UHGV virus genome: UHGV-1403449
Reading direction: 5' to 3' (one strand)
Origin: a virus
DNA: 28,791 nt
Shown: positions 18,520-26,541 of the stretch, piece by piece
How positions within the stretch are numbered: the first letter of the stretch is position 1
Layout: every line of letters begins with the position of its first letter
The notes under the pieces: generated by a model
What the model saw: the letters and a program-made list of their open reading frames with translations, nothing else
Database searches by the model: none
What the model was told of the DNA's origin: nothing
Translations under genes and position numbers: made by a program

Positions 18520-19799
18520 GTGCCACCCCCTGCGACAATCGCCTTAATTTCTGCTTCGGTGACCGTCTTCAGTACGCCCCGGTTTATCATTTCCCTGATA
18601 GCAACTTCTTCCGTCAGGATTGAACCCGTTACCAGCGTATTAAATCCGGTGGCGTACTGGCTAAACCGGTTAGCTTCGTCAGCCTCATTAATACTGTCGA
18701 TTGTCGGGTATTCGTAGGTAAGGCTTTCCGTTATGGCGAGTTTATCCAGCGTGAACTGGTCGGCGAAATCCTGCATTGGACGAAGCCGGGACTCCTGAAG
18801 TCCGTTAATCGTCTCGTAATAGGATTTATTGTCTTCCTCTCCGCTGCTGAACCCGCTGGCAGACTCACCAAACAGAACCGTTATGGGCCTGTCCAGAGCA
18901 CCGGCCAGTACAATCGCCATTTTGCTGATCACATCCGACAGTCCGGTAAATTGCGCGTTTTTCTGCTCATAGCGCCCTTGAGATGTTGTATCACCAGCGT
19001 CAATTAGCAGCAGCCCGGTTGAGGATTTAGTTTCCTTCATCACCCTGGCGTATTCGCGCACCTGCCCTTCCTGACCCGCTGCGATCTGGTTATTCATGCC
19101 GGGGATAAACAGCACATCGACGTTTGCCTCCTGTATGGTGTCTCCGGTGCTGAGGATTGCTGTGTCGAAGGTTTTGATATGCTCATAGGGCGCCTGAAGG
19201 TCTGACGTGCCAAACTTTGCGCGATCCTTAATGCTGTGATTGCCCAGCTTTGTCCGGCAGCAGCGGGAATGATGAAACCTGAGGTGCTTCGTCCCGACAT
19301 CAAGTTGATACGTCAGCGGCTCACCAAAACAGTCCGAACGTATGTCGGTGATGACATTACTGTCCGGCGTGTACTCCCCTTTACGGAACACCAGGAATTT
19401 AACGATATCTTCGCTCTGCAAATTGAGCGGCAAGGCTATCTGGTCATCAGCACAATCCGTGATAGCCACGATTAGCGAGTCACCCAACAGAGAGGCCCAT
19501 CCCAGCGCGCTGTGAAAGACTGCGTTTAATTTCAGTTCTTTTTCAGCGTCAGCGATGCGTTTGGTTATGGAGCTATCGACGTCGCCCGAAAATTTACGGG
19601 GCAACTTCAGCATGTCGTCGGCGGTTTTGTTGATGTACTTTTTCACCACCCACGATTTTTTATACATCGCGAGCAGCTCTTTATCAGGTACGTCAGGCTT
19701 ACTGCTGCTATACCGCACTGCGCCAATCTTCTCGCCGAGCGAAGTCATTAAGCTAACCAGGCCATCATTCAGACGACCAACGATATTTTTTCTCGTCAT
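18510..19799 (-). CDS. Portal protein
   Basis: 429 aa ORF whose start abuts the stop of the large terminase gene; canonical terminase-portal order. Confidence 0.7.
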   Translation of the reverse strand: MTRKNIVGRLNDGLVSLMTSLGEKIGAVRYSSSKPDVPDKELLAMYKKSWVVKKYINKTADDMLKLPRKFSGDVDSSITKRIADAEKELKLNAVFHSALGWASLLGDSLIVAITDCADDQIALPLNLQSEDIVKFLVFRKGEYTPDSNVITDIRSDCFGEPLTYQLDVGTKHLRFHHSRCCRTKLGNHSIKDRAKFGTSDLQAPYEHIKTFDTAILSTGDTIQEANVDVLFIPGMNNQIAAGQEGQVREYARVMKETKSSTGLLLIDAGDTTSQGRYEQKNAQFTGLSDVISKMAIVLAGALDRPITVLFGESASGFSSGEEDNKSYYETINGLQESRLRPMQDFADQFTLDKLAITESLTYEYPTIDSINEADEANRFSQYATGFNTLVTGSILTEEVAIREMINRGVLKTVTEAEIKAIVAGGGTWT

Positions 19800-21217
19800 T
19801 ACATGATGTCCAGTGGGCTGAGTGTTTTTCTCTGATACAAATCGCGTAGTCCCTGTGTCATTGCATCGACAACGTCATCGTTCGCGCCGACAGGGAACGT
19901 GGTAATTTCCTCGACCGTCTCAGTGATCCACGGTGCGATGTCTTTATGGGGAAGGAAAACGTTACCTGCTTCCCATACAGCGGTGATCGCATGCGCCCGG
20001 GCGACTTTGCTGCCGTCCGGTTCAACGGGAACGAGTCCTGCTACGGTGCTTTTCAGTGAATCAATAACCGCCGGGCCGTTGGCTTTATCCTCCACCAGCT
20101 TGCGCAGGCCTTTGGGGTATTCGTCGGCCATGCGTTTAACGGCTTTGAGTGTTGCGGTAAAGCTCATGCGCGCGCGCACCTGGTGAAGCAGATAAGCATT
20201 GGCGCCTTTTTTCCCCCATACCTGCCCGACAACGTAGTCGGTGCCCTCGCTGTCTTTGAAGGTCATATCCCAGCTATGGACGACAATATCGAAGTTGGTC
20301 GGCAAGTCTTTCGGGAGGTAATACTTGATCCACTCGTCTTTGAAGATTGAGCCGCCGGCCTGTTTTGGTGACTGCTGATACATCGCAGACCAGAAGTAAT
20401 CCCCGAGAATGGTTTTGGTTTCGAGCAGCTTTTCTTTCGGGTGCAGTTCAGGCACCAGCGCTTCACCCTGCTCGTTGATTGCAGGGAACGCCAGCACCTT
20501 AGCGCGCGGCGTGATTTCCACCACACGCCCGGATAAATCATCTGTCGCCCAGCGGGTCGCCATGATGATTTCGCCGCTGTTTTTCGACAGACGCGTTTTA
20601 AACGTGGAAACGTACCAGTTCCAGATAGATTTTTTGGTCGTCGGGCTGAGTGCTTCTTTGGCGTTTTTTATCGGGTCATCGATGATACCGAGATCGATTT
20701 TCTTACCTGTTAACGGGCCGCCTACGCCCGCACAGACATACGTTCCCTTATGGTTGGCTATACCGAATTCGTCAGTGTTACGCTTTACGGCCACACCATC
20801 AGCCGGCTTATTTCCCAACCAGGCACCCGGAAATATGTTGCGGTATTCCGGCGTGGACATAATGCGCTGAACATCGGCGTTCATGTCCCCGGCAAGGTCA
20901 GCGGAGTACGACAAAGCGCCCACGCGCATTTCAGGATATTTTCCGAAGAAATACGCTGGCAGGTAACGCGAAACGATATCCGATTTACCATGCTGCGGCG
21001 GCGCACCGAGAATCAGTATCGGGCGCAGCCCGTTCATCATATCCAGCAGGAACTGATCCAGAGCGTCGCAGACCGTCTGAGAGAACTTGCTGGTGATGTA
21101 TTCGGGATTAATGTACTGAATGAAGTCGTGGAGGCTTGCCCGCGCATTGCGTCGTTTGAGTAACTCGGCCGCTGCTTCCTGCTTACTTACCAGCGATAAT
21201 TGCGGCGAGCTGCTCAT
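19799..21217 (-). CDS. Terminase large subunit
   Basis: 472 aa; Walker A-like LILGAPPQHGKS near the N-terminus and acidic nuclease-type motifs in the C-terminal half; follows the small subunit gene. Confidence 0.85.
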   Translation of the reverse strand: MSSSPQLSLVSKQEAAAELLKRRNARASLHDFIQYINPEYITSKFSQTVCDALDQFLLDMMNGLRPILILGAPPQHGKSDIVSRYLPAYFFGKYPEMRVGALSYSADLAGDMNADVQRIMSTPEYRNIFPGAWLGNKPADGVAVKRNTDEFGIANHKGTYVCAGVGGPLTGKKIDLGIIDDPIKNAKEALSPTTKKSIWNWYVSTFKTRLSKNSGEIIMATRWATDDLSGRVVEITPRAKVLAFPAINEQGEALVPELHPKEKLLETKTILGDYFWSAMYQQSPKQAGGSIFKDEWIKYYLPKDLPTNFDIVVHSWDMTFKDSEGTDYVVGQVWGKKGANAYLLHQVRARMSFTATLKAVKRMADEYPKGLRKLVEDKANGPAVIDSLKSTVAGLVPVEPDGSKVARAHAITAVWEAGNVFLPHKDIAPWITETVEEITTFPVGANDDVVDAMTQGLRDLYQRKTLSPLDIM

Positions 21218-22181
21218 CAGTCAGATCCTCCGCGCTTACTGTGTGATTATGCTGTATGGGCTCACCATTCGGGCCGCTTAACTCAGTTTTGGTTTTCAGC
21301 ATGCCGAGGTGTTGTGCGACCATCTTCATAGCCTCATCCTGATTGCGGGTGATCATTTCAAGGCCAAATTTGCCCTCTTTAATCCCGGCAAAAAGGCGGC
21401 GTTCTGCGCCCTTCAAATCTCGTGTATCGTGGAAAACAGGACGGCTCAGACCAACGCCATTGCAGCGGGGGCAATCCGGGTTCGGGTCCAGTGTGCCGTC
21501 GTAGCCGTAGCCGCCCGTATCCTTAGGCTGCATGGCACCTTCCTTCCCCTTAACCTTTTCTTCTGCTTCCTCAAACTCAACTGCATCGCGCCACTGGTAG
21601 TTAAAACCGAGTCCCCAGCAGTAACGGCAACAGCCGCGGTGATGTTCAGTAAGTTGCGTAGCGTCTGCCGTCGCAATGTCCCACCACCATTTCAACACTT
21701 CGTCCTGCGTTATCTTCACTCTTCGCGAGCGTTCGTCCAGCGCGTCGCGGATTGCCTGGCTGACCTTAGCATTTCTTAGCAGGCGCGAGGCGTTAACGTA
21801 AGCCGTATTTCCTTCACCTTTATAGCCAGCTCGCTTGTATGCAGCGGTCCTGTTCAGATCGAGAAGATACTCTTCGACAAACCTGATCTGCATATCGTTA
21901 AGGCCGTAATTGCGCAGGTTGAAGGGTTGCGCACTTTCCTGTATATCGGTCTGCGCATCAGTTGAGGATTGCTCATACTGCGCAGTGGTAGGGGCTTGTT
22001 CAGTCTGCGCATTGCGCACTTTCTTCTGCGCATTTTTTTGCGCAGTTGGCTTTTTGATATAGCGCCGCGCAGATGTGTAATTCAGCCCCCGCGCTTCACA
22101 CCAGTCTTTGGGGGAAATACCGGATTTAGCATGCTCGGCGAGGAACTGGTGTTGCAGTGATCCCCAGTCCGGTTTTGCCAT
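21183..22181 (-). CDS. Terminase small subunit
   Basis: 332 aa ORF immediately upstream of and overlapping the large terminase gene; contains a terminase-small-subunit-like segment (FVEEYLLDLNRTAAYKRAGYKGEG...). Confidence 0.6.
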   Translation of the reverse strand: MAKPDWGSLQHQFLAEHAKSGISPKDWCEARGLNYTSARRYIKKPTAQKNAQKKVRNAQTEQAPTTAQYEQSSTDAQTDIQESAQPFNLRNYGLNDMQIRFVEEYLLDLNRTAAYKRAGYKGEGNTAYVNASRLLRNAKVSQAIRDALDERSRRVKITQDEVLKWWWDIATADATQLTEHHRGCCRYCWGLGFNYQWRDAVEFEEAEEKVKGKEGAMQPKDTGGYGYDGTLDPNPDCPRCNGVGLSRPVFHDTRDLKGAERRLFAGIKEGKFGLEMITRNQDEAMKMVAQHLGMLKTKTELSGPNGEPIQHNHTVSAEDLTDEQLAAIIAGK

Positions 22182-22224
22182 TTTAACCCTCAGTTTCTTG
22201 AAAACTATTTAATCAGATGTATCT

Positions 22225-22253
22225 TTGATAACGCAGTATCAACGCTCTATTAA
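22225..22253 (+). promoter_or_regulatory. Candidate sigma70 promoter for the plus-strand moron
   Basis: TTGATA (22225-22230), 17-bp spacer, TATTAA (22248-22253); AAGGA Shine-Dalgarno before the ATG at 22269. Confidence 0.4.
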
Positions 22254-22268
22254 TTCAAGGAATTTAGA

Positions 22269-22829
22269 ATGAAATACTCACAGCAAGAAAAACTACAGAT
22301 CATGATGCTCAGTGATATTCACCGAGCATTAGAAATTGAAAACTCATTTGATCCTGACCTCATTGACGAAGCAGTGAGCACGGATAACTACTGGGCTTTA
22401 TCCTGGGAATACCCAGGCCTTCAAGATGAAGAAGAGGAGACCCCCTGGGAAGTCCAGCTTTTCGTTGATACCTATGATATGTATGACATTCTCCAATACA
22501 CATACGAACGATTCAGTGCGGAAGACAAAGCAGAGGTTGCCAAATCTATTCGTAATTTCGATGAGAAATTATCACTCACATTCCCCGGATTTGACGGTAA
22601 CAACGAATCAAAGTTTCTTTTGATTGGTAGTTTATTGAAACGAATGGGACGGTTTAGCGGCAAAGACGATCTCACCCGGAACTCTCACATGCCCTCTGTT
22701 GCAATTTACCAACGTATGCTTGAAGTTTTCCTTCCTGCCAGAGCTAAGAATTGGGTTCACAATGTGGGCATTACTAAACATGATTTTATCGATACACTCA
22801 ACGCGAGAGTGCATCCAGAAAATCGTTAA
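22269..22829 (+). CDS. Moron gene: putative YfbU-like (UPF0304) protein
   Basis: 186 aa ORF on the opposite strand between the spanin and terS genes, with its own promoter-like and terminator-like elements; C-terminal ...YQRMLEVFLP... and overall pattern resemble E. coli YfbU as recalled from memory (unverified). Confidence 0.5.
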   Translation: MKYSQQEKLQIMMLSDIHRALEIENSFDPDLIDEAVSTDNYWALSWEYPGLQDEEEETPWEVQLFVDTYDMYDILQYTYERFSAEDKAEVAKSIRNFDEKLSLTFPGFDGNNESKFLLIGSLLKRMGRFSGKDDLTRNSHMPSVAIYQRMLEVFLPARAKNWVHNVGITKHDFIDTLNARVHPENR

Positions 22830-22834
22830 ACGTT

Positions 22835-22856
22835 AATGCCCGCAAATGCGGGCATT
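22835..22856. terminator. Hairpin at the convergent junction of the plus-strand moron and the Rz gene (possible bidirectional terminator)
   Basis: AATGCCCGC-AAAT-GCGGGCATT perfect 9-bp stem with a 4-nt loop; the flanking T-run is weak. Confidence 0.45.
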
Positions 22857-23382
22857 ATTCATCATGGCGCCTTATTACTTTGTCGTAGGTGCGCTCACAG
22901 GTATTTCCGGCGACATAACGCTCATCAGCCTCTTTTGCGAATTTTCCCGCCAGATCGTCAGCTTCGCTGAGCAACTGGGCGAGCAATATTCCGGCCTCGG
23001 CTTTTGCCTGGCTTGTTGCTGCAATTGCGGAAATTCTGCCTGTTTCACTTGTTGCGAGCTGCCGTTGTATTTCGGCGAGCTGCTGTTGCAACCCACTGCG
23101 AGCACGCTTAGCAGCGTTAGCATCAGCCTGTACTTTTGCCAGTTCTTCATCGGCTTTCTCTCGTTCTTCATCTACGGCCCGCTGGCGGCGCTGCTCTTCT
23201 GCTCTTTCGGTTACTTCACGCTGCAATGTAGTGGTCGCATCAGTAAGGTCACGTTGTGCCCACTGCAATTTCCAGGATGAGTCCGCCTCCTGATACCCGC
23301 GTGAATAACACCAGTACGCGACCGCGCATAACAAAAAAGCCACCAGCAGTATTTCTGCCAGCGGCTTCCAGTAAGCCCTCAC
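22855..23382 (-). CDS. Rz: i-spanin (Rz-like)
   Basis: N-terminal transmembrane segment (LAEILLVAFLLCAVAYW) followed by a long charged coiled-coil (EEQRRQRAVDEEREKADEELAKVQ...); probable GTG start at 23382 overlapping the endolysin stop (GTGA); ORF is open upstream to 23445. Confidence 0.75.
   Translation of the reverse strand: MRAYWKPLAEILLVAFLLCAVAYWCYSRGYQEADSSWKLQWAQRDLTDATTTLQREVTERAEEQRRQRAVDEEREKADEELAKVQADANAAKRARSGLQQQLAEIQRQLATSETGRISAIAATSQAKAEAGILLAQLLSEADDLAGKFAKEADERYVAGNTCERTYDKVIRRHDE
22875..23150 (-). CDS. Rz1: o-spanin (Rz1-like lipoprotein) embedded in another frame within Rz
   Basis: ORF entirely inside the Rz coding region in a different frame; signal peptide with lipobox (LLSVLAVGC), Pro-rich mature part; probable start at the second Met (MKNWQKY...). 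Confidence 0.7.
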   Translation of the reverse strand: MKNWQKYRLMLTLLSVLAVGCNSSSPKYNGSSQQVKQAEFPQLQQQARQKPRPEYCSPSCSAKLTIWRENSQKRLMSVMSPEIPVSAPTTK

Positions 23383-23921
23383 TGGTCTATCCCCCAGCAC
23401 GTTAACGCGCTTTCCTGGTCTCGTCGCTCTACCTGACCATAGCACCCATTTTTCTGGCCTTTGGTCAGACGACAGTCGCGGCCACCATCTTTAATCCACC
23501 AGCGAATAGCTTCACATGCGCCTTTACGGTCGCCAGCATTAATTCGCTTATAGAACGTAGACGGGAAACATTTCCCGGGGCCGATGTTATAGGGGCAGAA
23601 AGATGCGATCCCGGCTTTCTGTGGTTCGGTCAGTGGTACTTTGATATTTCGGTCAACCCACGCCAGCGCCTTGTCGCGTTCAATGGCATTCACCTGGGCA
23701 CATTTCTCAGCTGACAACTTCATACCCTGAACTACCGGCTTGCCATCAACCATCGTGGCGCCACGGCAAATCGTCCAGAGCCCACCGCCGTCTCGATACG
23801 CCTGCTCGCTATTACCCTCCTTCTCATCCAGAAACTGATCGAGAATAACTGGCGCGGATGCCCCGGCAAGAATCAAACCAACGACCGCTGCGCTCAGCTT
23901 ATTCCTCAGCTTTGGTGGCAT
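23379..23921 (-). CDS. SAR endolysin (phage lysozyme, R21-like)
   Basis: N-terminus MPPKLRNKLSAAVVGLILAGASAPVIL is a Gly/Ala-rich signal-anchor-release segment; followed by a lysozyme catalytic region (DEKEGNS...GGLWTICRG). Confidence 0.85.
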   Translation of the reverse strand: MPPKLRNKLSAAVVGLILAGASAPVILDQFLDEKEGNSEQAYRDGGGLWTICRGATMVDGKPVVQGMKLSAEKCAQVNAIERDKALAWVDRNIKVPLTEPQKAGIASFCPYNIGPGKCFPSTFYKRINAGDRKGACEAIRWWIKDGGRDCRLTKGQKNGCYGQVERRDQESALTCWGIDQ

Positions 23922-24177
23922 ACCCATTGCGCCGATCCTCCCGTTCTTTCCAGCGGAAATACCAGTTCACTGCACAGGTGATTACCGTACATGCGATACC
24001 GACAATAATTGCCCAGTCGCTCAGGCTTAACCCTGCAATTCTGTCGGCCAACATCCAGGACACCTCTTTTGCTGTTTTAGCTGTTTCGGCATATGCCTTC
24101 GCTGATACACCGCAGCCGGTCAGCGTGGTTCCTGTTCCATATGAAAGTCTGCTGTAAATGGTGCTCATTCTGGTCAT
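23899..24177 (-). CDS. Class II holin (pinholin, S21-like) with dual-start motif
   Basis: Probable start MTRMSTIY (Met-Thr-Arg-Met dual start giving antiholin/holin); two hydrophobic segments and a charged C-terminus (YFRWKEREDRRN) resembling phage 21 S; ORF is open to 24234. Confidence 0.7.
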   Translation of the reverse strand: MTRMSTIYSRLSYGTGTTLTGCGVSAKAYAETAKTAKEVSWMLADRIAGLSLSDWAIIVGIACTVITCAVNWYFRWKEREDRRNGYATKAEE

Positions 24178-24456
24178 AGCCTCACCTCCGATTTTTCGGA
24201 TGGCGCTGTGTGTGATGATAAGGTCAGGCTTCACGGGCTGGATTTATCAACAAAGCACGTAGTAATTGATTCCCGTGAGCCTGAAATGAAAAAGGCCACC
24301 AGTTGGCAGCCTCGAAGTGAGTTAACTTGTTTATATAGGTGGAGCGAGAGGTCCTTCTAAAACTTCCGCTTCACCGTTATGGCAAATGTCATCACCTATG
24401 GTCAGACGCCTGTGGTTGTGATGGCCGTTTAAGATTGAGCCAGCACTGTAGTTGCA

Positions 24457-25248
24457 TCAATTACCCAATGGCTTATGTAGTTTAAATGGGTTAAGTGATT
24501 CTTCATTTTTCAGGCTTATCTTTAAATTCACAGCAATCAGTGAATGATCGTCAGTTGGTCCAGCGCGCTGTATCCGCTTAAAAAGATTGGTTGAAAAGTT
24601 AGTAGCATTCTTCAATGTATTGGGAGAAAAACGCGGGCGGCGTTCCCAGAAGTGATGGGCTCCATCGGACATCAGAAAAAGAGAAACAACACCGTCATGG
24701 TCCATCAAATCTGACAGGGGTAACGAAATATGCTGAAATTTTATTGGCAGGACTTTAGAAATAGCTGCAGTAAGCATGTTCTTTCCTGGTAAGTCTTCCA
24801 ATTCCCTTTTCGTATATAACCCATCGTCGAGCAACTCTTGATGCTGTGAGTGATCTTTCGTTAGTAGTTTTAATTTGTTATCAATTTTTACATACACCCG
24901 AGTATCGCCTACATGGATTACATTAAGTAACTCACCATGTACAACACAGTAGGATAATGTTGTTGCGGCCTTGCGCTTCTCTGAATCGAACTGAGATAGT
25001 TCAGATATTTTGTCTTTTGCACCACTAAGTATCGCATCAGGATCAGAACTGGCTTTCAGTTTATGAGTTGCGACATAGTCTACTGCAGCTTGCGCTGCTT
25101 CTTTAGCACCAGCATAAGACCCGACACCATCAGCAATAGCAAAAATGAAGCCATCATCACATTGTTGCGGGAGTAGTAACGCATCTTGGTTTTCACGACC
25201 ATGATCTTTGGGGCATGAAAATGCACCACAGCTCAACAACTCAATCAT
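24457..25248 (-). CDS. PP2C-family Ser/Thr protein phosphatase
   Basis: 263 aa; metal-binding motifs of PP2C phosphatases (IADGVGS, GDTRVY, MSDGAHHF); start overlaps the kinase stop by 4 nt (ATGA). Confidence 0.75.
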   Translation of the reverse strand: MIELLSCGAFSCPKDHGRENQDALLLPQQCDDGFIFAIADGVGSYAGAKEAAQAAVDYVATHKLKASSDPDAILSGAKDKISELSQFDSEKRKAATTLSYCVVHGELLNVIHVGDTRVYVKIDNKLKLLTKDHSQHQELLDDGLYTKRELEDLPGKNMLTAAISKVLPIKFQHISLPLSDLMDHDGVVSLFLMSDGAHHFWERRPRFSPNTLKNATNFSTNLFKRIQRAGPTDDHSLIAVNLKISLKNEESLNPFKLHKPLGN

Positions 25249-26027
25249 TTGCCTCTCCTTGCTGCAACAATATCATCAAGAATGTCTATCATCTCAGTGA
25301 CAGAATCGTACCTTGAACGAGGCGTAAATGCCGCTGATTTATCGATTAATGTCGTTATACCGTCAATATGAGATAGATTCATTTCACTAGTAATAACACC
25401 TAGCGCGTAAATATCTGATTTCTGTGTATATACTCCGCGTTTAGCCTCGTCAGACATGTACTTAGCAGTGCCAATACCCATTTTTTTGTTTTGAAGTACA
25501 CCTGACAAAAAATCAGATTGGGCTTTCGAATCCATACTTTTGATTAGGCCGAAATCGGAAATTTTGTAACAGCCTCCTTCAAACTTGAGGATATTCTCAG
25601 GTTTCAGATCCCTGTGAAGCAACCCAGCGTCATGGATATACTTAACGCCTTCAAACACCATCTTCAGGGCTAACAGCTTTTCATCATCAGAAAGAACGCC
25701 CGCTTTTAGTTCGCTTCTTAGGTCTGTTTCTGCCAACTCCATCACAAACCAAGGGTTTTCTATGCTTAAATGATGTATGCAAATTCTTACAACATGATCA
25801 TGATTGCACTTGGCTTGGTAGTCGACTTCACGCTTAAACCGACGCTTCCAGTCATCTACACTAAAATATTCATTTAATAACGCAGGATTAACTGAAAGAA
25901 CTTTCCTTGCATACTCACCACAAAGATGGCTATCGGTGTTATATACCTCAACCTTTTCCACACGACCAAAAGCACCAAAACCTAGATCTCTCAATGGTTT
26001 TATAAGGTAATTACCCCTGGGTTCCAT
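25245..26027 (-). CDS. Hanks-type (eukaryotic-like) Ser/Thr protein kinase, catalytic domain only
   Basis: 260 aa; Gly-rich loop LGFGAFGRV, catalytic loop HRDLKPENIL, DFG motif (ISDFGL), activation-segment TAKYMSDE and subdomain IX DIYALGV. Confidence 0.85.
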   Translation of the reverse strand: MEPRGNYLIKPLRDLGFGAFGRVEKVEVYNTDSHLCGEYARKVLSVNPALLNEYFSVDDWKRRFKREVDYQAKCNHDHVVRICIHHLSIENPWFVMELAETDLRSELKAGVLSDDEKLLALKMVFEGVKYIHDAGLLHRDLKPENILKFEGGCYKISDFGLIKSMDSKAQSDFLSGVLQNKKMGIGTAKYMSDEAKRGVYTQKSDIYALGVITSEMNLSHIDGITTLIDKSAAFTPRSRYDSVTEMIDILDDIVAARRGK

Positions 26028-26146
26028 AGCTTACTCACATAAAATTCTCATGAGCAAAATCTACACCCAAAAGAAAAACCACACCATATCAATAGGTTTA
26101 ATTTTCCAAAGAAATCTATCTACACCCTGCAGCAGCTTAAATACAC

Positions 26147-26188
26147 CTCAAAAAAGAAAACCCGCTCATCGGCGGGTTATTAATTTTT
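26147..26188. terminator. Intrinsic terminator-like hairpin with A/T runs on both sides (strong in the minus-strand direction)
   Basis: AACCCGC-TCATCG-GCGGGTT 7-bp stem (26158-26177); read on the minus strand it is followed by TTCTTTTTTG; about 120 bp upstream of the kinase start. Confidence 0.5.
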
Positions 26189-26412
26189 ATCTATCGCTGC
26201 GGGTGTAACTTCGCGAGCATAGCTGAATTCAAGCAATCCCCGCGCAACTTTGCAACCGGAATCGATCAGCTTTTTTATCAAATACATCACACATTGGTAA
26301 GTACAGCATGGCTTCTGCCATCTGCAACCAGACATCAATTCGACTTTCGCAGGTACGTAGGCACCATTCCGGGTGACGAGTATTCAGTTCTCTTGCCGCC
26401 CATCTTCACGAA

Positions 26413-26440
26413 GCCCAGCCATGTGCTGGGTTTTCTTTTT
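26413..26440 (+). terminator. Plus-strand intrinsic terminator-like element
   Basis: CCCAGC-CATGT-GCTGGG hairpin followed by TTTTCTTTTTT on the plus strand. Confidence 0.45.
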
Positions 26441-26514
26441 TGAAGCGCACTAATCACCGTAGCCACAGATATTCAGCAATGAGTTGGTTGGGTCTGGTTC
26501 TTGGTGGTAATGCG

Positions 26515-26541
26515 CTTTAAAAAAGCCAGCGGCGATGCTGG
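26515..26541 (-). terminator. Minus-strand intrinsic terminator-like element (candidate tR-prime-type terminator)
   Basis: GCCAGC-GGCGAT-GCTGGC hairpin; on the minus strand it is followed by TTTTTTAAAG. Confidence 0.45.

Noticed and set aside
8164-21779. Numerous plus-strand ORFs of 60-200 aa (e.g. 9135-9566, 9596-10216, 9666-10073, 12035-12481, 12360-12692, 15191-15553, 16055-16462, 19899-20186, 20409-20870, 20750-21163, 21309-21779)
   Set aside because: All lie antisense to, and wholly inside, long minus-strand structural genes with coherent phage synteny; translations are low-complexity (Ser/Pro/Arg/Cys-rich) with no start-site signals. Treated as shadow ORFs.
23383-23445. Longer Rz ORF starting 63 nt inside the endolysin gene
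   Set aside because: A GTG overlapping the endolysin stop gives a spanin beginning directly at its TM segment, the usual arrangement; the upstream extension is probably untranslated.
24177-24234. Upstream extension of the holin ORF (MKPDLIITHSAIRKIGGEA...)
   Set aside because: The extension is hydrophilic and precedes the conserved Met-Thr-Arg-Met dual-start motif; the shorter start is more consistent with S21-type holins.
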